From Macrostomum hystrix (taxonomy: Eukaryota > Animalia > Platyhelminthes): a stretch of 64,000 nucleotides of DNA. Each line of letters starts with the position of its first letter. Position 1 is the stretch's first letter. Shown piece by piece: positions 23,612 to 36,600 of this stretch. A program made the translations under genes and the position numbers. Under the pieces are notes generated by a model. It did no database searches. It saw nothing but the letters and a program-made list of their open reading frames with translations, and had not been told where the DNA came from. The stretch lies in assembly GCA_950097015.1 (NCBI GenBank), contig CATNEN010000038.1:31124001-31188000 (forward strand), in the 5' to 3' direction.

Positions 23612-24145
23612 ATTGACAGCCGTGGGAGATTGACAGCTGTGGATACAATGAGGATCTGGGAGATTGACAGCTGTGGATACAATGAGGATCTGGGAGATTG
23701 ACAGCTGTGGATACAATGAGAATCCGGGAGATTGACAGCTGTGGATACAATGAGAATCTGGGAGTTTGACAGCTGTTGATACAATGAGAATCTGGGAGAT
23801 TGACAGCTGTGGATACAATGAGAATCCGGGAGATTGACAGCTGTGGATACAATGAGAATCCGGGAGATTGACAGCTGTGGATACAATGAGAATCCGGGAG
23901 ATTGACAGCTGTTGATACAATGAGAATCCGGGAGATTGACAGCTGTGGATACAATGAGAATCTGGGAGATTGAAAGCTGTGGATACAATGAGGATCGGGG
24001 AGATTGACAGCTGTGGATACAATGAGAATCTGGGAGATTGACAGCTGTGGATACAATGAGGATCGGGGAGATTGACAGCTGTGGATACAATGAGAATCTG
24101 GGAGATTGAAAGCTGTTGATACAATGAGAACCTGGGAGATTGTCC
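23612..24145. repeat. 34-bp minisatellite GGGAGATTGACAGCTGTGGATACAATGAGAATCT just upstream of p47
   Basis: About 15 tandem copies; most carry CAGCTG. Confidence 0.95.
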
Positions 24146-24932
24146 ATCTAAAAGATTTAATCCAAAAAATGTTCAGATATTAAGAACAGAAAGCAGTCAA
24201 ACACAGCTTTTCGCACAATAAAATATAGGGGAGTTAAACTTAAGTAACCATTAACAGGTCCCGTTTATATTATTATTAAATCGCTTTAGGAAAAGAGTAG
24301 TAATAACAGTTTTAGAAAAAACGTTTATTTAACCAGATCTTACAACGAAACGATTTGCACTCGAACGACAACTTAAAAGGCATAATATAATAGTAATAAT
24401 TCAAAGCTGAAAATCGATAAATTGCAAGGTTGGTGAGATTTCGGACATGCTGAATAGATACATAACTGGCGCCTAGACAAATAAGAAGTATGCAAATGCT
24501 AGATTTGTTAAACAATAATTAACTGGTATTGTATATGCACGCATATCACTAAACCCAAATGTAATCATATTATATAATACGTATTGGATTATTGTTGAAC
24601 ATTTTAAAACGAAAACATGCGATATGTTGATTATATATATATTTCTGAGTCAAAGCACAAATACACCTACTAAAATTATTGCCAGCAAATGAGTAATGAT
24701 TAATAAATAATGATTAATAAGATTTTTATGGAGGACAAAATGCGTCAAAAAGCGCAAAACAAAGAAAAATGAGCCATCCTTCACAACCTACTCATTAATA
24801 CAACAACTAAAAATTGAGAAAAAATACAATTACTTCTTGCTACGTATTTGATAGTCGTTTTTTAGGCAATGCAAATATAATATTTAGAGAAAGAACTTAG
24901 AGATTAATGCAATCGGTCATTTAGACTCTGCA

Positions 24933-25800
24933 ATCACTGACCCGATCACTGACCCACCAAACTCACTGACCCAATCACTGACACACCAAACTCACTGACC
25001 CGAACACTGACCAACCAAACTCACTGACCCACCAAACTCACTGACCCGATCACTGAACCACCAAACTCACTGACCCAATCACTGACACACCAAACTCACT
25101 GACCCGAACACTGACCAACCAAACTCACTGACCCACCAAACTCACTGACCCGATCACTGCACCACCAAACTCACTGACCCGATCACTGACCCACCAAACT
25201 CACTGACCCGATCAATGACCCACCAAACTCACTGACCCGATCACTGAACCACCAAACTCACTGACCCGATCACTGACCCAGCAACTCCACTGACCCGATC
25301 ACTGACCCAGCAACTCCACTGACCCGATCACTGACCCAGCAACTCCACTGACTCCATCACTGACCCAGCAACTCCACTGACCCAATCACTGACCCACCAA
25401 ACTCACTGACCCGATCACTGACTCAGCAACTCCACTGACCCGATCACTGACCCAGCAACTCCACTGACCCGATCACTGACCCAGCAACTCCACTGACCCG
25501 ATCACTGACCCAGCAACTCCACTGACTCCATCACTGACCCAGCAACTCCACTGACCCAATCACTGACCCAGCAACTCCACTGACCCGACCACTGACCCAG
25601 CAACTCCACTGACTCGATCATTGACCCAGCAACTCCACTGACCCAGCAGCTCCACTGACCCGATCACTGACCCAGCAACTCGACTGACCCGATCACTGAC
25701 ACAGCAACTCCACTGACTCCATCACTGACCCAGCATGACCAAGCAACTCCACTGACTCGATCATTGACCCAGCAACTCCACTGACTCGATCACTGACCCA
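24933..25800. repeat. Compound minisatellite built on CACTGACCC (12-mer alternating with 16/17-mer)
   Basis: CACTGACCCGAT + CACTGACCCACCAAACT, switching to CACTGACCCAGCAACTC after about 25270. Confidence 0.95.
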
Positions 25801-26243
25801 ACGAGTGCCAAAACTTGCTTTTCTGACTTATTAAGTGGGCGCACTTTAAAGTGAGGATATGTAAACTAAAAAATGTAGCCAAAATAAGCCAAGGCAAAAC
25901 GAAGCGTATATTTACAGTGTTAATAATTCATCAAAAAACTTGCTAATAAATTAGCAGCATAAAATACTTGAAACAAAAAATATGAAATCTGAGTATTTTC
26001 TTCAAAGCAGCGCATTCTGTCTGTACATGGCAGGCTTATCGAGAAAATTTGCACGGTTAACAGACTATGTTTGAACTATTTCTGAAGTTGAATAAGTAAC
26101 GAACAAAAATAGGGCATCATATTTACATCACGCACAAAAAACAACAGCAACAACATAAATTATTATAAAAGTAAACAAATTAATGAAACTAGAAAATTGT
26201 CACAACACGGCGACAATTCCTGGGCCTTAACGACTAATAATTG

Positions 26244-28165
26244 TTATTTGTTTGCTTCTCCTAAATTGCGACAGTTAATTTCAGTGCTTTCTCGCACCCA
26301 CTGACAGTCGTCCTCGGTGTTGACACGAAATCCGGCTTCGGCTAGCAGTCGGGCCAGCTCCTCGGCGCTAGCCTCCAACGGGGCAATGCAAGGATGCCGC
26401 ACCAGGGCCAGCAGAGACACTCGACAATCGGCATCACGATCAGCTGCTACGGCATTCTCTTCGCCAGCGGCTGCTGCTGAAGCTCTTCGACGACGCCGCT
26501 CGTAGGCTAACAGACTGCGGGCGCAGTAGACAGCCTCCTCTGTTAGGCGCTGTTGCCTGGGCGGCACAATAGCGTGCGGCTGATAGGGATAATGAATCTC
26601 ATAGACCACACTGTACCGCTCTGGTATCGACTGCGGACAAGCATTAGAGACTGGCAATTCGGAATCTAACAATCGGAATACAGCAGCTTGAGTGCAATGT
26701 CCAACAGACTCCATGCCAGAAGGCGGCTCGCCAATGCCAACGAATTCTACCGAATAGCCGTACCGGCTAGCTAGCGACTCTGCCCATACTCGAAATTCTT
26801 CCCTACTCCATTCAAATTTGTGATCCCAATGCCTGTAGCCGGCAAAGCTAGGACCGAAGCAGACATTGAAGTCGGCATTCGGCGTGGTCACAATCACCAG
26901 GCGAGGACGAAGGAAGCCAAACACCTGAAGTGAAAGGAAATCTCCTAAAATATTGAACAGAACGCCATGAAAATGCAGAACACGGCCTCAAATTTTCCAC
27001 TCTATCCGATGAAACAACTATCAGAATCACAAAACATCGGCATCGTCGAGACATTCAACGATTATCGTCAAAGTGTCTGGTGTAGGCAGTGGGTATTTGA
27101 AATACTCTATGGCCTTTACCAGGAAAAAATAATGTGTTATATCTACTGTTAATAGATTAAATCAGGAACTTAAGTCTATGGCCAGACTATGACCACCACT
27201 ATTCGCTACGATGAATTAAACGGCATTTATGCTATATAAACGATGAAATTATTTAATGGACTTGAAATGCAAACAATGTATAACAGATTCCATACTTAGA
27301 AGAAGCGCATTAATCGTTCAAAAAATAAGGAATCGGATTTTTATATAACCTTTCTCTGCCTGTTTGATTCAAGGTCTACTAGTAGAAGAAGGACAGGACG
27401 CTTTGTTTCTTGGAAATTTTTATTAAAGGCTAGTTTTCCCGGAAACATAGTGGGATTATGGAGAAATAATAATATAAAAAGAGTTCACTTGCGCCTTGCT
27501 CTACTAGCAGTAGAAAAGTTTGGAAGTATTAAAATAGCATTCAAACACAGCAACAAGGCTCAGACCTGTTCAGGCAGTCGATCCAAATCTCTTGGATACA
27601 GATGCTCGATGAGTTCAATGAGCAGAGCGGCGTGCGCCCCAACTAGGCGTGGATCAGGCTCGCACACACTGCCGCACATTAGCCTAGCATGCAGCGGCAG
27701 GCGCCGTTTGGCTAAATAATCGGACAATTCCGGTTTCAAATTGTGCCTGGCAGATTCGGCTAGGGCTGCGTGCGAAGCGGCTAAATCAACGGCAACGTAT
27801 TGTGTGACGCAGTCCAGTGGTTTAATCCAGCGGCGAAACATCTTGCACTCGGCTGCGCCGAAATCTACCACTTTGACGCCAGCGTCGCTGCTGCCGCCGA
27901 TATTCTTGAGACTGTCCGACAATAGATTACACACTGCTGCATAGCGTTGAATGTACAGTGGCGGATTAAACACTACAGAGGCTTCAACGCGATCGTGGTC
28001 ATCCTCACTACAGCTGCTGTTGATACTACTGCCAAACTGTTGCTTTGACAATGGCGAAGTTGCTAGCTGTTGGTGCTGCTGCTGCTGCGAGTGCATCAGC
28101 GGGCCAAGATCTTCTAGGCCAATCGCTGTTGACGCTTCGTCTGTTGAATCGGATATCGCGACTGC
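26244..28165 (-). CDS. HENMT1: Small RNA 2'-O-methyltransferase HEN1; exons 28165(or ATG 28096)-27566 and 26924-26244
   Basis: Hallmark motifs FNPPLYIQRY, VVDFGAAECK (SAM-binding), IELIEHL, TTPNADFN and RHWDHKFEWSREEFRVWA; phase-0 GT-AG intron at 27565-26925. Confidence 0.93.
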
Positions 28166-28928
28166 CTGAAATATTTTTTATCCATCAATTTTCTTATATT
28201 CCAAAATGAACTGCCTACTCATAGTAGCTAGATTAGTAATATGCTGAAGTCATGGAAATAAAATCTTGTGCTGCCTAAAGACCATCTAATTTCTATTTAA
28301 CCCATCTAACAGCACTCTTGTAGGTTGTAAAGGTAGCCAGTTAATTAAATCAAACAGAAAGTCACTATAAAATACAAATACAGATTTAACAAGAAGAAAA
28401 ATTCGGATGGAAAGCCAGTTTATAGTTTATGAGCAATCACAAAATGATATATATTACCGAAGCTAATAATCACAATACAACAGTATAACCATATATATGG
28501 AATATAATGGAATAACAGTTCAATTAAAGGTGTAAAATACATCCTGTTTTATATAGAGAACAAGTTAAATTAGAACAAAAATCACCATTACAACATGACA
28601 AAAAGGTGGGTCATAACAAAAAGGAAGAAAAGTATGGTAATTAATGGCCAATAAAACACAAAAATGTTATAGGAAGACTGGATTAATGCAAATGATGGCA
28701 AAATTTTGTGACTTAATTAAGAAATGGTTACATTCTATAATGCGGCCTTCGCATATATACATTTTTATGCCTAGCTACTGTAGAAATTTGGGTGCGTGTT
28801 GTGTCACTCTCACAGTCCATGGACTGAACAGCTGTACACAGAACAGCATTTGCCATGCATTTTGTTCAACTGACTGTTGATCTGATTCAACTGGATCATT
28901 TTTTTAACTCCATATATCTGGGCATTAC

Positions 28929-29295
28929 GAGGGGTCGGTTGCAGAGCGGTTATCGTTCTGCTTTGCCTCTCGCACCAAGGTCCCTAAGTTCGATTCGACG
29001 GCGAGCGCCACATTCATTTGGGGCGCGGCCGCGGAGAGAAGGCTTGGGGGCTTGTCAAGCAATTTACGCCCTTGAGGGCCAACCTCCAAGGCACAGTGAG
29101 AGTGTACACTGCCTGCCGATGAGAAAGTCGGGGCAGATGTACACACCTGTGAGCGTGTGCCTGCGTACAGTATCTGTGTGCGTGTGTGCTCAGGAGTCAG
29201 CGAAATGGGCAGAATTGCCTCCTCGCTGGCTGCGGGTCTAGTGTCACTAAATGATGTGCCACTGCACGCAGCCCTCCTGCAATTATTATTATTAT
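28929..29295 (+). mobile_element. SINE family A, full-length copy
   Basis: tRNA-like head with GTTCGATTC, (TTA)n tail, and a perfect 14-bp TSD TATCTGGGCATTAC (28915-28928 / 29296-29309). Confidence 0.92.
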
Positions 29296-29567
29296 TATCT
29301 GGGCATTACAAATCAGGATAATAAATGTGTAAACAGACCCATCACCAGGTTTAATTTAACAGGACGACATCAAGCGTAAAATCAGTAATATTACAATGAA
29401 AAAAATAAAAATATTTGATCATTCGTTGAATTGGTGCACACCGTTAGTTATTAAGTAGAAAATATTATTTTTAATCAGACTTCCAACTATCATTTCTTCA
29501 TATCTTCGAAAAAAACACTTGGGAGATTGAAATGAGAATCTGGAATTTCAGTCTTAAAAAAACCAAT

Positions 29568-32041
29568 CTAGCGTCCCGAAGACGCCGATGTGATCAGACG
29601 GCCGCCCTGCCTGTTGACGTCGAACACTGTGATGTCTTCGTCATCTTCGTCGTCATCGTCTGCGCCAAGTCGTTGCATCTCCAGTTTGTCTGCATCAACC
29701 AGACCGTAGCGTTTAGACCGCTTGGCGACTCGCCTAAGCCTGTGATAGAGGAGGTGAGATGTACTTTAAACTGCCCACTTATTTACTGGGTTAATCTAGA
29801 CTGGGCAGATCTAAGTAGTACCGAATGATGATGCATTGTATTTATTCACAAAATGAAAAGTTACTCCTTCAGTTCGCTATTTCTTTAACTTTTGCGGCAG
29901 CTTACTAATTTGCGGCAGCTTACTAATATTACTGTCTGACTTATTCTAGAATTTGAATTTTTCTAGTTACATTTCTTCTCTTTTATTTTACTGTAAAATG
30001 GATACTTTGATCGTGTACAATTGATTATTTTGATCTATTTAAGTTAATACTAACAAAGAGTAACACTTTGCTACTTAGAAAAATATTTGTACTAAAAAAC
30101 AACTAAATTCATTGGTCGTTTACAAGTGTGGTAGGTGATTTAAAAAACAAAACTTTTTCGCTAAATAGTATGTTAAATATTTTTGCCATAATAAATGTCC
30201 CAAGAAAATATACTGTTTGAAACAAATCGGCCAATCCTACTGCATAAAAGGAGTAGCCATTTTAGTTTGAAAGCCAAATTTCCAGTGCGGCATACAAGCC
30301 TGAACTCAGTAATACTGCTGTGCTGAATTAAAAAATTGATCTTGGAATATCTTCCAACGTGTTAGTTATTTTCTCTCTTCTAGATTGAGGTTGTGATCTT
30401 TCAGTTGATTTTCTGTTTAAAAGTTTCATCTTTTGTTTTTGACCATTGTTTATAGTGTTTTCCATTAAAATTAAGTGTATCCTATTAAAATTTTACATAG
30501 AATTTTATGTAGAATATGAAGTACTCAAAACTTTTTATTTTCCTTTAGCGGAATCTCGCTGAAACATGCTTCTCTAATGTACCCCCTTTACACATTTCAG
30601 ATGGCTTTTGCAATTGACTGTAAATAGTAAATTGATGTCTATGTGACGTCTATTTGTTAAGCTATGGAATAGGTATGGCTTTGTCACTTCTTTAAAGCCA
30701 AAAGAGTTTTATATTGTAAACAAATAAACACATCTTGTCAGCATAGTAGGCCTAATCTTATTCAATGTAAAATCGAAATTTAATACTTTAATAATGAGTG
30801 TTAATAGAAGACATATATATTTCATAGTGTAGATAATGAAAAAAATAAACTATATGCTTTTGGAATTAAAAATTCCATTAAAAAATTAAAAAGTCAAATC
30901 TATCTGGTCATCTGGATCACAGCCCCTTATGGGAAAAATACATTATGAAAACAACTAAAATGTTGATCAAAAAATTGTTAGAACTTTTTTATTACTTGAC
31001 CAATTTTGATGAGTGAGGTGTCTTTTAACTTAACAGACAAGCAAGATCTGTGACACAAGAAAACCAAAAATATGGAACTTTTTATTTTTAATTTCTCACT
31101 GGAGACCCTACTTTTAGTATCAAAAAAATGTAGCAACCAGAAACAAGGCTGTTCTGAAATGTTAAAATTATCTTCTAATATTTTCTAAAAAGATATAAAG
31201 AAAATTTTGTTGCCCACAAAAAGTGAGAGCCTAAAAACCTAAGAAACAACTTTTTGTTTATGCTTCAGATTTAAAATGGAATTAGGCCTACTGGACTACT
31301 AGTAAACCCACAGCCACCACTAACCTCATGTCTATCCAACCAAGCTATCTAAGCAACCAAGCTATCTAAGCAACCAAGCCATTGAATATTCCCCCTGACG
31401 CCCCACCCCAGCTGTGGCAGTCTTTGTCCTATACCCTAGTAGCAGCTACTCTAGCAAGTAGGCGCTAGCTATTAGGTGTAATAAAATATGTTATTTGTAT
31501 TTTGCTTAATTTCTAAAGCACTAACTTAGAATAGGCCTAGGCCATTTTTCGAAAATGAACATAATACAGAGTCATAATTAAAATTTATATTTAGCTTACC
31601 TTATGGCTTTGACAATGAAAAAGACCATAACAATTGCAGTAAGCACACAAAATGCAATTGCACTATTTAATAAAGTTTGTTTATTGTTACTAACAAAATG
31701 TAATATTTGAGCTGTAGCTTCAGAAAAATAAGGCTTGCTAACTTTTATCCCACAATGAGTAGAGTTTTTAAAGCCATTGTCACAGATAATACTGGAATTC
31801 CCAGTTGTGGCAAAAGTACCATTCAAGCCTACTTTTGAATAATTAGACATTTCGGAAGTATAATAGCTTCTTAGCTTTTTGGAAATAAGAGAGTTAGGGC
31901 CTAGGCTTAACTCGTTTAAATACGTAGGCCTAATCAATGACTAAAAATCTTATCAATAATATATAGCTAGGCCTAGTTACTTTACTTTGCTGTGGCCATC
32001 GCTATGATATGGCATAACACAATAATGAGTTTCAACTTTAT
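29568..32041 (-). CDS. FAM174: FAM174-like (DUF1180) single-pass membrane protein; exons ~32041-31986, 31929-31600, 29739-29568; start unresolved
   Basis: The spliced product reads ...LNSAIAFCVLTAIVMVFFIVKAIR|LRRVAKRSKRYGLVDADKLEMQRLGADDDDEDDEDITVFDV, which matches the FAM174 pattern of TM helix, RYG, LEM and acidic tail. Splice phases are consistent. Confidence 0.8.
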
Positions 32042-32449
32042 TTAGTTTTCACCTTTATGGCATGAAACTAAAAAAAATATGTAATAAAAATATAATATTA
32101 GCAATTTACCGCTAACTTTTACCGCTACCCGCTAACTTACTGTTGCTTATAGTTACAATATGGTAAACTCTTAGCTCGTGAAATATGACCCTGTCTTTCA
32201 TTTTTAAATCTGTACGAATGCGATTTTTCTATAAAAACTTATTTAGCGCAATTGCCCTGTTTAGATTATCGTTTGTTATTGGCGCTTTGAACCCAGTAAG
32301 CATATTTGCTGACAAAAGGTATTTACTTCTTTAAAAATATTTGTTTATTCACATAAAGCCACTTTTCATAAAACAAGAGTTCGTATTGAAAGTGCAAAAA
32401 ATATAAATTGCACGAGTGCTGCGGGGCAATAGCATAATTAACACACATC

Positions 32450-32760
32450 ATGCGGGCAATCATTTACTAAACCCTGCCGATAATTCTTCCGATTTCGCAG
32501 ACTCCGGAGCACACAAGCACGCGATATATCGTACAAATTGGCATACGCTCCCATCTGATGTAGACATCTGCCCTGACTTTCTCATATTGTCAGGTAGTGC
32601 ACATTTTCGCTGTGCCTTGGAGGTTGGCTCACTTGGAGTTGGAGGGCAATTTACGTCCTCCTTGGAGGAGGGTGCAAATTGCGCCACAAGCTAGCATCAA
32701 GCGTTCACTCCACAGCTGCGCCCCAAAAATATGACGTAGCCTCGCCGCGCGGACTCGTAC
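32450..32760 (-). mobile_element. SINE family A, diverged copy
   Basis: Reverse-complement similarity (GTGCCTTGGAGGTTGGC, CTGCCCTGACTTTCTCAT, CTGCGCCCCAAA). Confidence 0.7.
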
Positions 32761-33653
32761 TAGCTCATGGTGGGAGCGTACTAGCTCGGTAGATGTGATT
32801 TCGTCTGCAAATGCATGTGCTATATCTGCTTAGAACGGATCTAATTTCGTATCTGTTGTTTATATACTTTGCCGCTACGTTCATATAGAAAATAAAACTT
32901 TATTGAATATTTTATTACCAGGCCTTGTTTAAAAAATTAAATGAAACCTAGCGCGGAAAATATACTTTTTGCTTCCAGAAATTTTGCCGATACATGCAGC
33001 ATTTAATTTTATTGAAACTTACTTGCATGTATAGATGCTGTAGTATATGGTTCTCGATCACGACAAAAATAACTCAAAACGTCGCTTTCGAACGACACAA
33101 AAAACTAGAGTAGTTCTCAAAAGAACTTTTTAAAATATGTAGTATTTAACCGAAAATTAGGTTTATTATATTCAAACGAAAAAAGTTATATTTTTCAATT
33201 ACTTTTTGTAAATCTAAGAAATTGATGGCAAATTTAAAGACGGATTGGGAAGACAAAAAATAATCCAAAAGCACAACTGCAAAAAAATCAATAATTCTAA
33301 TCAAACCACACGGTGAATAATCAGCTGAGCAAGGCACAAGCCACAAAAAAATTGCATAAAATTAAAAAATTGTTTTGGAAAATCGATTGCACAATTTAGG
33401 TAGCTCGATGATTCAATATAGTTGATTATCACAGGAAAAAAAGCTTGTAATCAATACATGCTTATTTTAAATTCTTACTGAAAACATTTTCTACTTTTCT
33501 ACTGACGATAAAATCCAAATGACTCCATTGAATTTTGCACCCAAAGCATTGTAGGTCGTATAGATAGCAAAACTAAAATTGTGATGTACAAAAAATCGGT
33601 AATAAAATCTAGACTCTGATGTTAAAATAAAATTTATCACTTGGAACAGAGAA

Positions 33654-36600
33654 TCACTCATCCGTAGGCGCAACATTCTCTGTCGATTGAATCTTTCTAG
33701 CTTCAGGTAGAAAATTTAGCCAAGCGTCCAGCACCTGTTGCTGCTGTAGCAGCTGATGCTCCAGGGTGCACAGCACAGCTGAGCGAAGCTCGAAGCCACG
33801 CAATAGATCAATGCGATCCGATTCGCGCTTGATACTAGCCGAGGCCGACTCAAATTCTGAGCGACTGCGATCCACCTAAAATTGATGGCACGCGCACTGA
33901 GGTCAGGTCATGCATCACTGTGCTTTGGGGTTCGACTCTTATGGGCGTCAATTGCACGAATTGGAAATGGAAGATTCTTTAGTGAATCACAGCTGATTCT
34001 TCAGTGAATCCCAACTGATTCTTCAGTGAATCCCAACTGATTCTTCAGTGAATCCCAACTGATTCTTCAGTGAATCACAGCTGATTCTTCAGTGAATCAC
34101 AGCTGATTCTTCAGTGAATCACAGCTGATTCTTCATTGAATCACAGCTGATTCTTCAGTGAATCACATCTGATTCTTCAGTGAATCCCAGCTGATTCTTC
34201 AGTGAATCACATCAGATTCTTTAGTGAATCACAGCTGATTCTTCAGTGAATCACAGCTGATTCTTCAGTGAATCACAGCTGATTCTTCAGTGAATCACAG
34301 CTGATTCTTCAGTGAATCACAGCTGATTCTTCAGTGAATCACAACAGATTCTTCAGTGAATCACAGCTGATTCTTCAGTGAATCACAGCTGATTCTTCAG
34401 TGAATCACAGCTGATTCTTCAGTGAATCACAGCTGATTCTTCAGTGAATCACATCTGATTCTTCAGTGAATCACAGCTGATTCTTCAGTGAATCACAGCT
34501 GATTCTTCAGTGAATCACATCAGATTCTTTAGTGAATCACAGCTGATTCTTCAGTGAATCACAGCTGATTCTTCAGTGAATCACATCAGATTCTTTAGTG
34601 AATCACAGCTGATTCTTCAGTGAATCACATCAGATTCTTCAGTGAATCACAGCTGATTCTTCAGTGAATCACAGCTGATTCTTCAGTGAATCACAGCTGA
34701 TTCTTCAGTGAATCACAGCTGATTCTTCAGTGAATCACATCTGATTCTTCAGTGAATCCCAGCTGATTCTTCAGTGAATCACATCAGATTCTTTAGTGAA
34801 TCACAGCTGATTCTTCAGTGAATCACAGCTGATTCTTCAGTGAATCACAGCTGATTCTTCAGTGAATCGCAGATGATTCTTCAGTGAATCACAGCTGATT
34901 CTTCAGTGAATCACATCAGATTCTTCAGTGAATCACAGCTGATTCTTCAGTGAATCACATCAGATTCTTTAGTGAATCACAGCTGATTCTTCAGTGAATC
35001 ACAGCTGATTCTTCAGTGAATCACAGCTGATTCTTCAGTGAATCACAGCTGATTCTTCAGTGAATCACAGCTGATTCTTCAGTGAATCACAGCTGATTCT
35101 TCAGTGAATCACAGCTGATTCTTCAGTGAATCACATCAGATTCTTTAGTGAATCACAGCTGATTCTTCAGTGAATCACAGCTGATTCTTCAGTGAATCAC
35201 AGCTGATTCTTCAGTGAATCGCAGATGATTCTTCAGTGAATCCCAACTGATTCTTCAGTGAATCACAGATGATTCTTCAGTGAATCACAGATGATTCTTC
35301 AGTGAATCACATCAGATTCTTTAGTGAATCACAGCTGATTCTTCAGTGAATCACAGCTGATTCTTCAGTGAATCACATCAGATTCTTTAGTGAATCACAG
35401 CTGATTCTTCAGTAAATCACAGCTGATTCTTCAGTGAATCACAACTGATTCTTCAGTGAATCACAGCTGATTCTTCAGTGAATCACATCAGATTCTTCAG
35501 TGAATCCCAGCTGATTCTTCAGTGAATCACAGCTGATTCTTCAGTGAATCCCAACTGATTCTTCAGTGAATCACAGCTGATTCTTCAGTGAATCACATCA
35601 GATTCTTCAGTGAATCACAACTGATTCTTCAGTGAATCACAGCTGATTCTTCAGTGAATCACAGCTGATTCTTCAGTGAATCACAGCTGATTCTTCAGTA
35701 AATCACAGCTGAATCTTCTGTGACTCACAACTGATTCTTCAGTGAATCCCAACTGATTCTTCAGTGAATCACAGCTGATTCTTCAGTGAATCCCAGCTGA
35801 TTCTTCAGTGAATCCCAACTGATTCTTCAGTGAATCCCAACTGATTCTTCAGTGAATCACATCAGATTCTTCAGTGAATCACAGCTGATTCTTCAGTGAA
35901 TCCCAGCTGATTCTTCAGTGAATCACAGATGATTCTTCAGTGAATCACAGATGATTCTTCAGTGAATCACAGATGATTCTTCAGTGAATCCCAGCTGATT
36001 CTTCAGTGAATCACAGCTGATTCTTCAGTGAATCACAGATGATTCTTCAGTGAATCACATCTGATTCTTCAGTGAATCCCAGCTGATTCTTCAGTGAATC
36101 CCAGCTGATTCTTCAGTGAATCCCAACTGATTCTTTAGTGAATCCCAACTGATTCTTCAGTAAATCCCAGCTGTTTCTTCAGTGAATCACAGCTGATTCT
36201 TCAGTGAATCACATCTGATTCTTCAGTGAATCCCAACTGATTCTTCAGAGAATCCCAACTGATTCTTCAGTGAATCACAGCTGATTCTTCAGTGAATCCC
36301 AACTGATTCTTCAGTGAATCCCAACTGATTCTTCAGTGAATCCCAACTGATTCTTCAGTGAATCCCAGCTGATTCTTCAGTGAATCCCAACTGATTCTTC
36401 AGTGAATACCAACTGATTCTTCAGTGAATCCTAACTGATTCTTCAGTGAATCCTAACTGATTCTTCAGTGAATCACATCAGATTCTTCAGTGAATCACAG
36501 CTGATTCTTCAGTGAATCACAGCTGATTCTTCAGTGAATCACAGCTGATTCTTCAGTGAATCCCAGCTGATTCTTCAGTGAATCACATCTGATTCTTCAG

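Noticed and set aside
23504-24147. Repeat-encoded N-terminal extension of p47 and parallel ORFs
   Set aside because: Read-through of the 34-bp array; p47 homology begins at MDSEK (23503).
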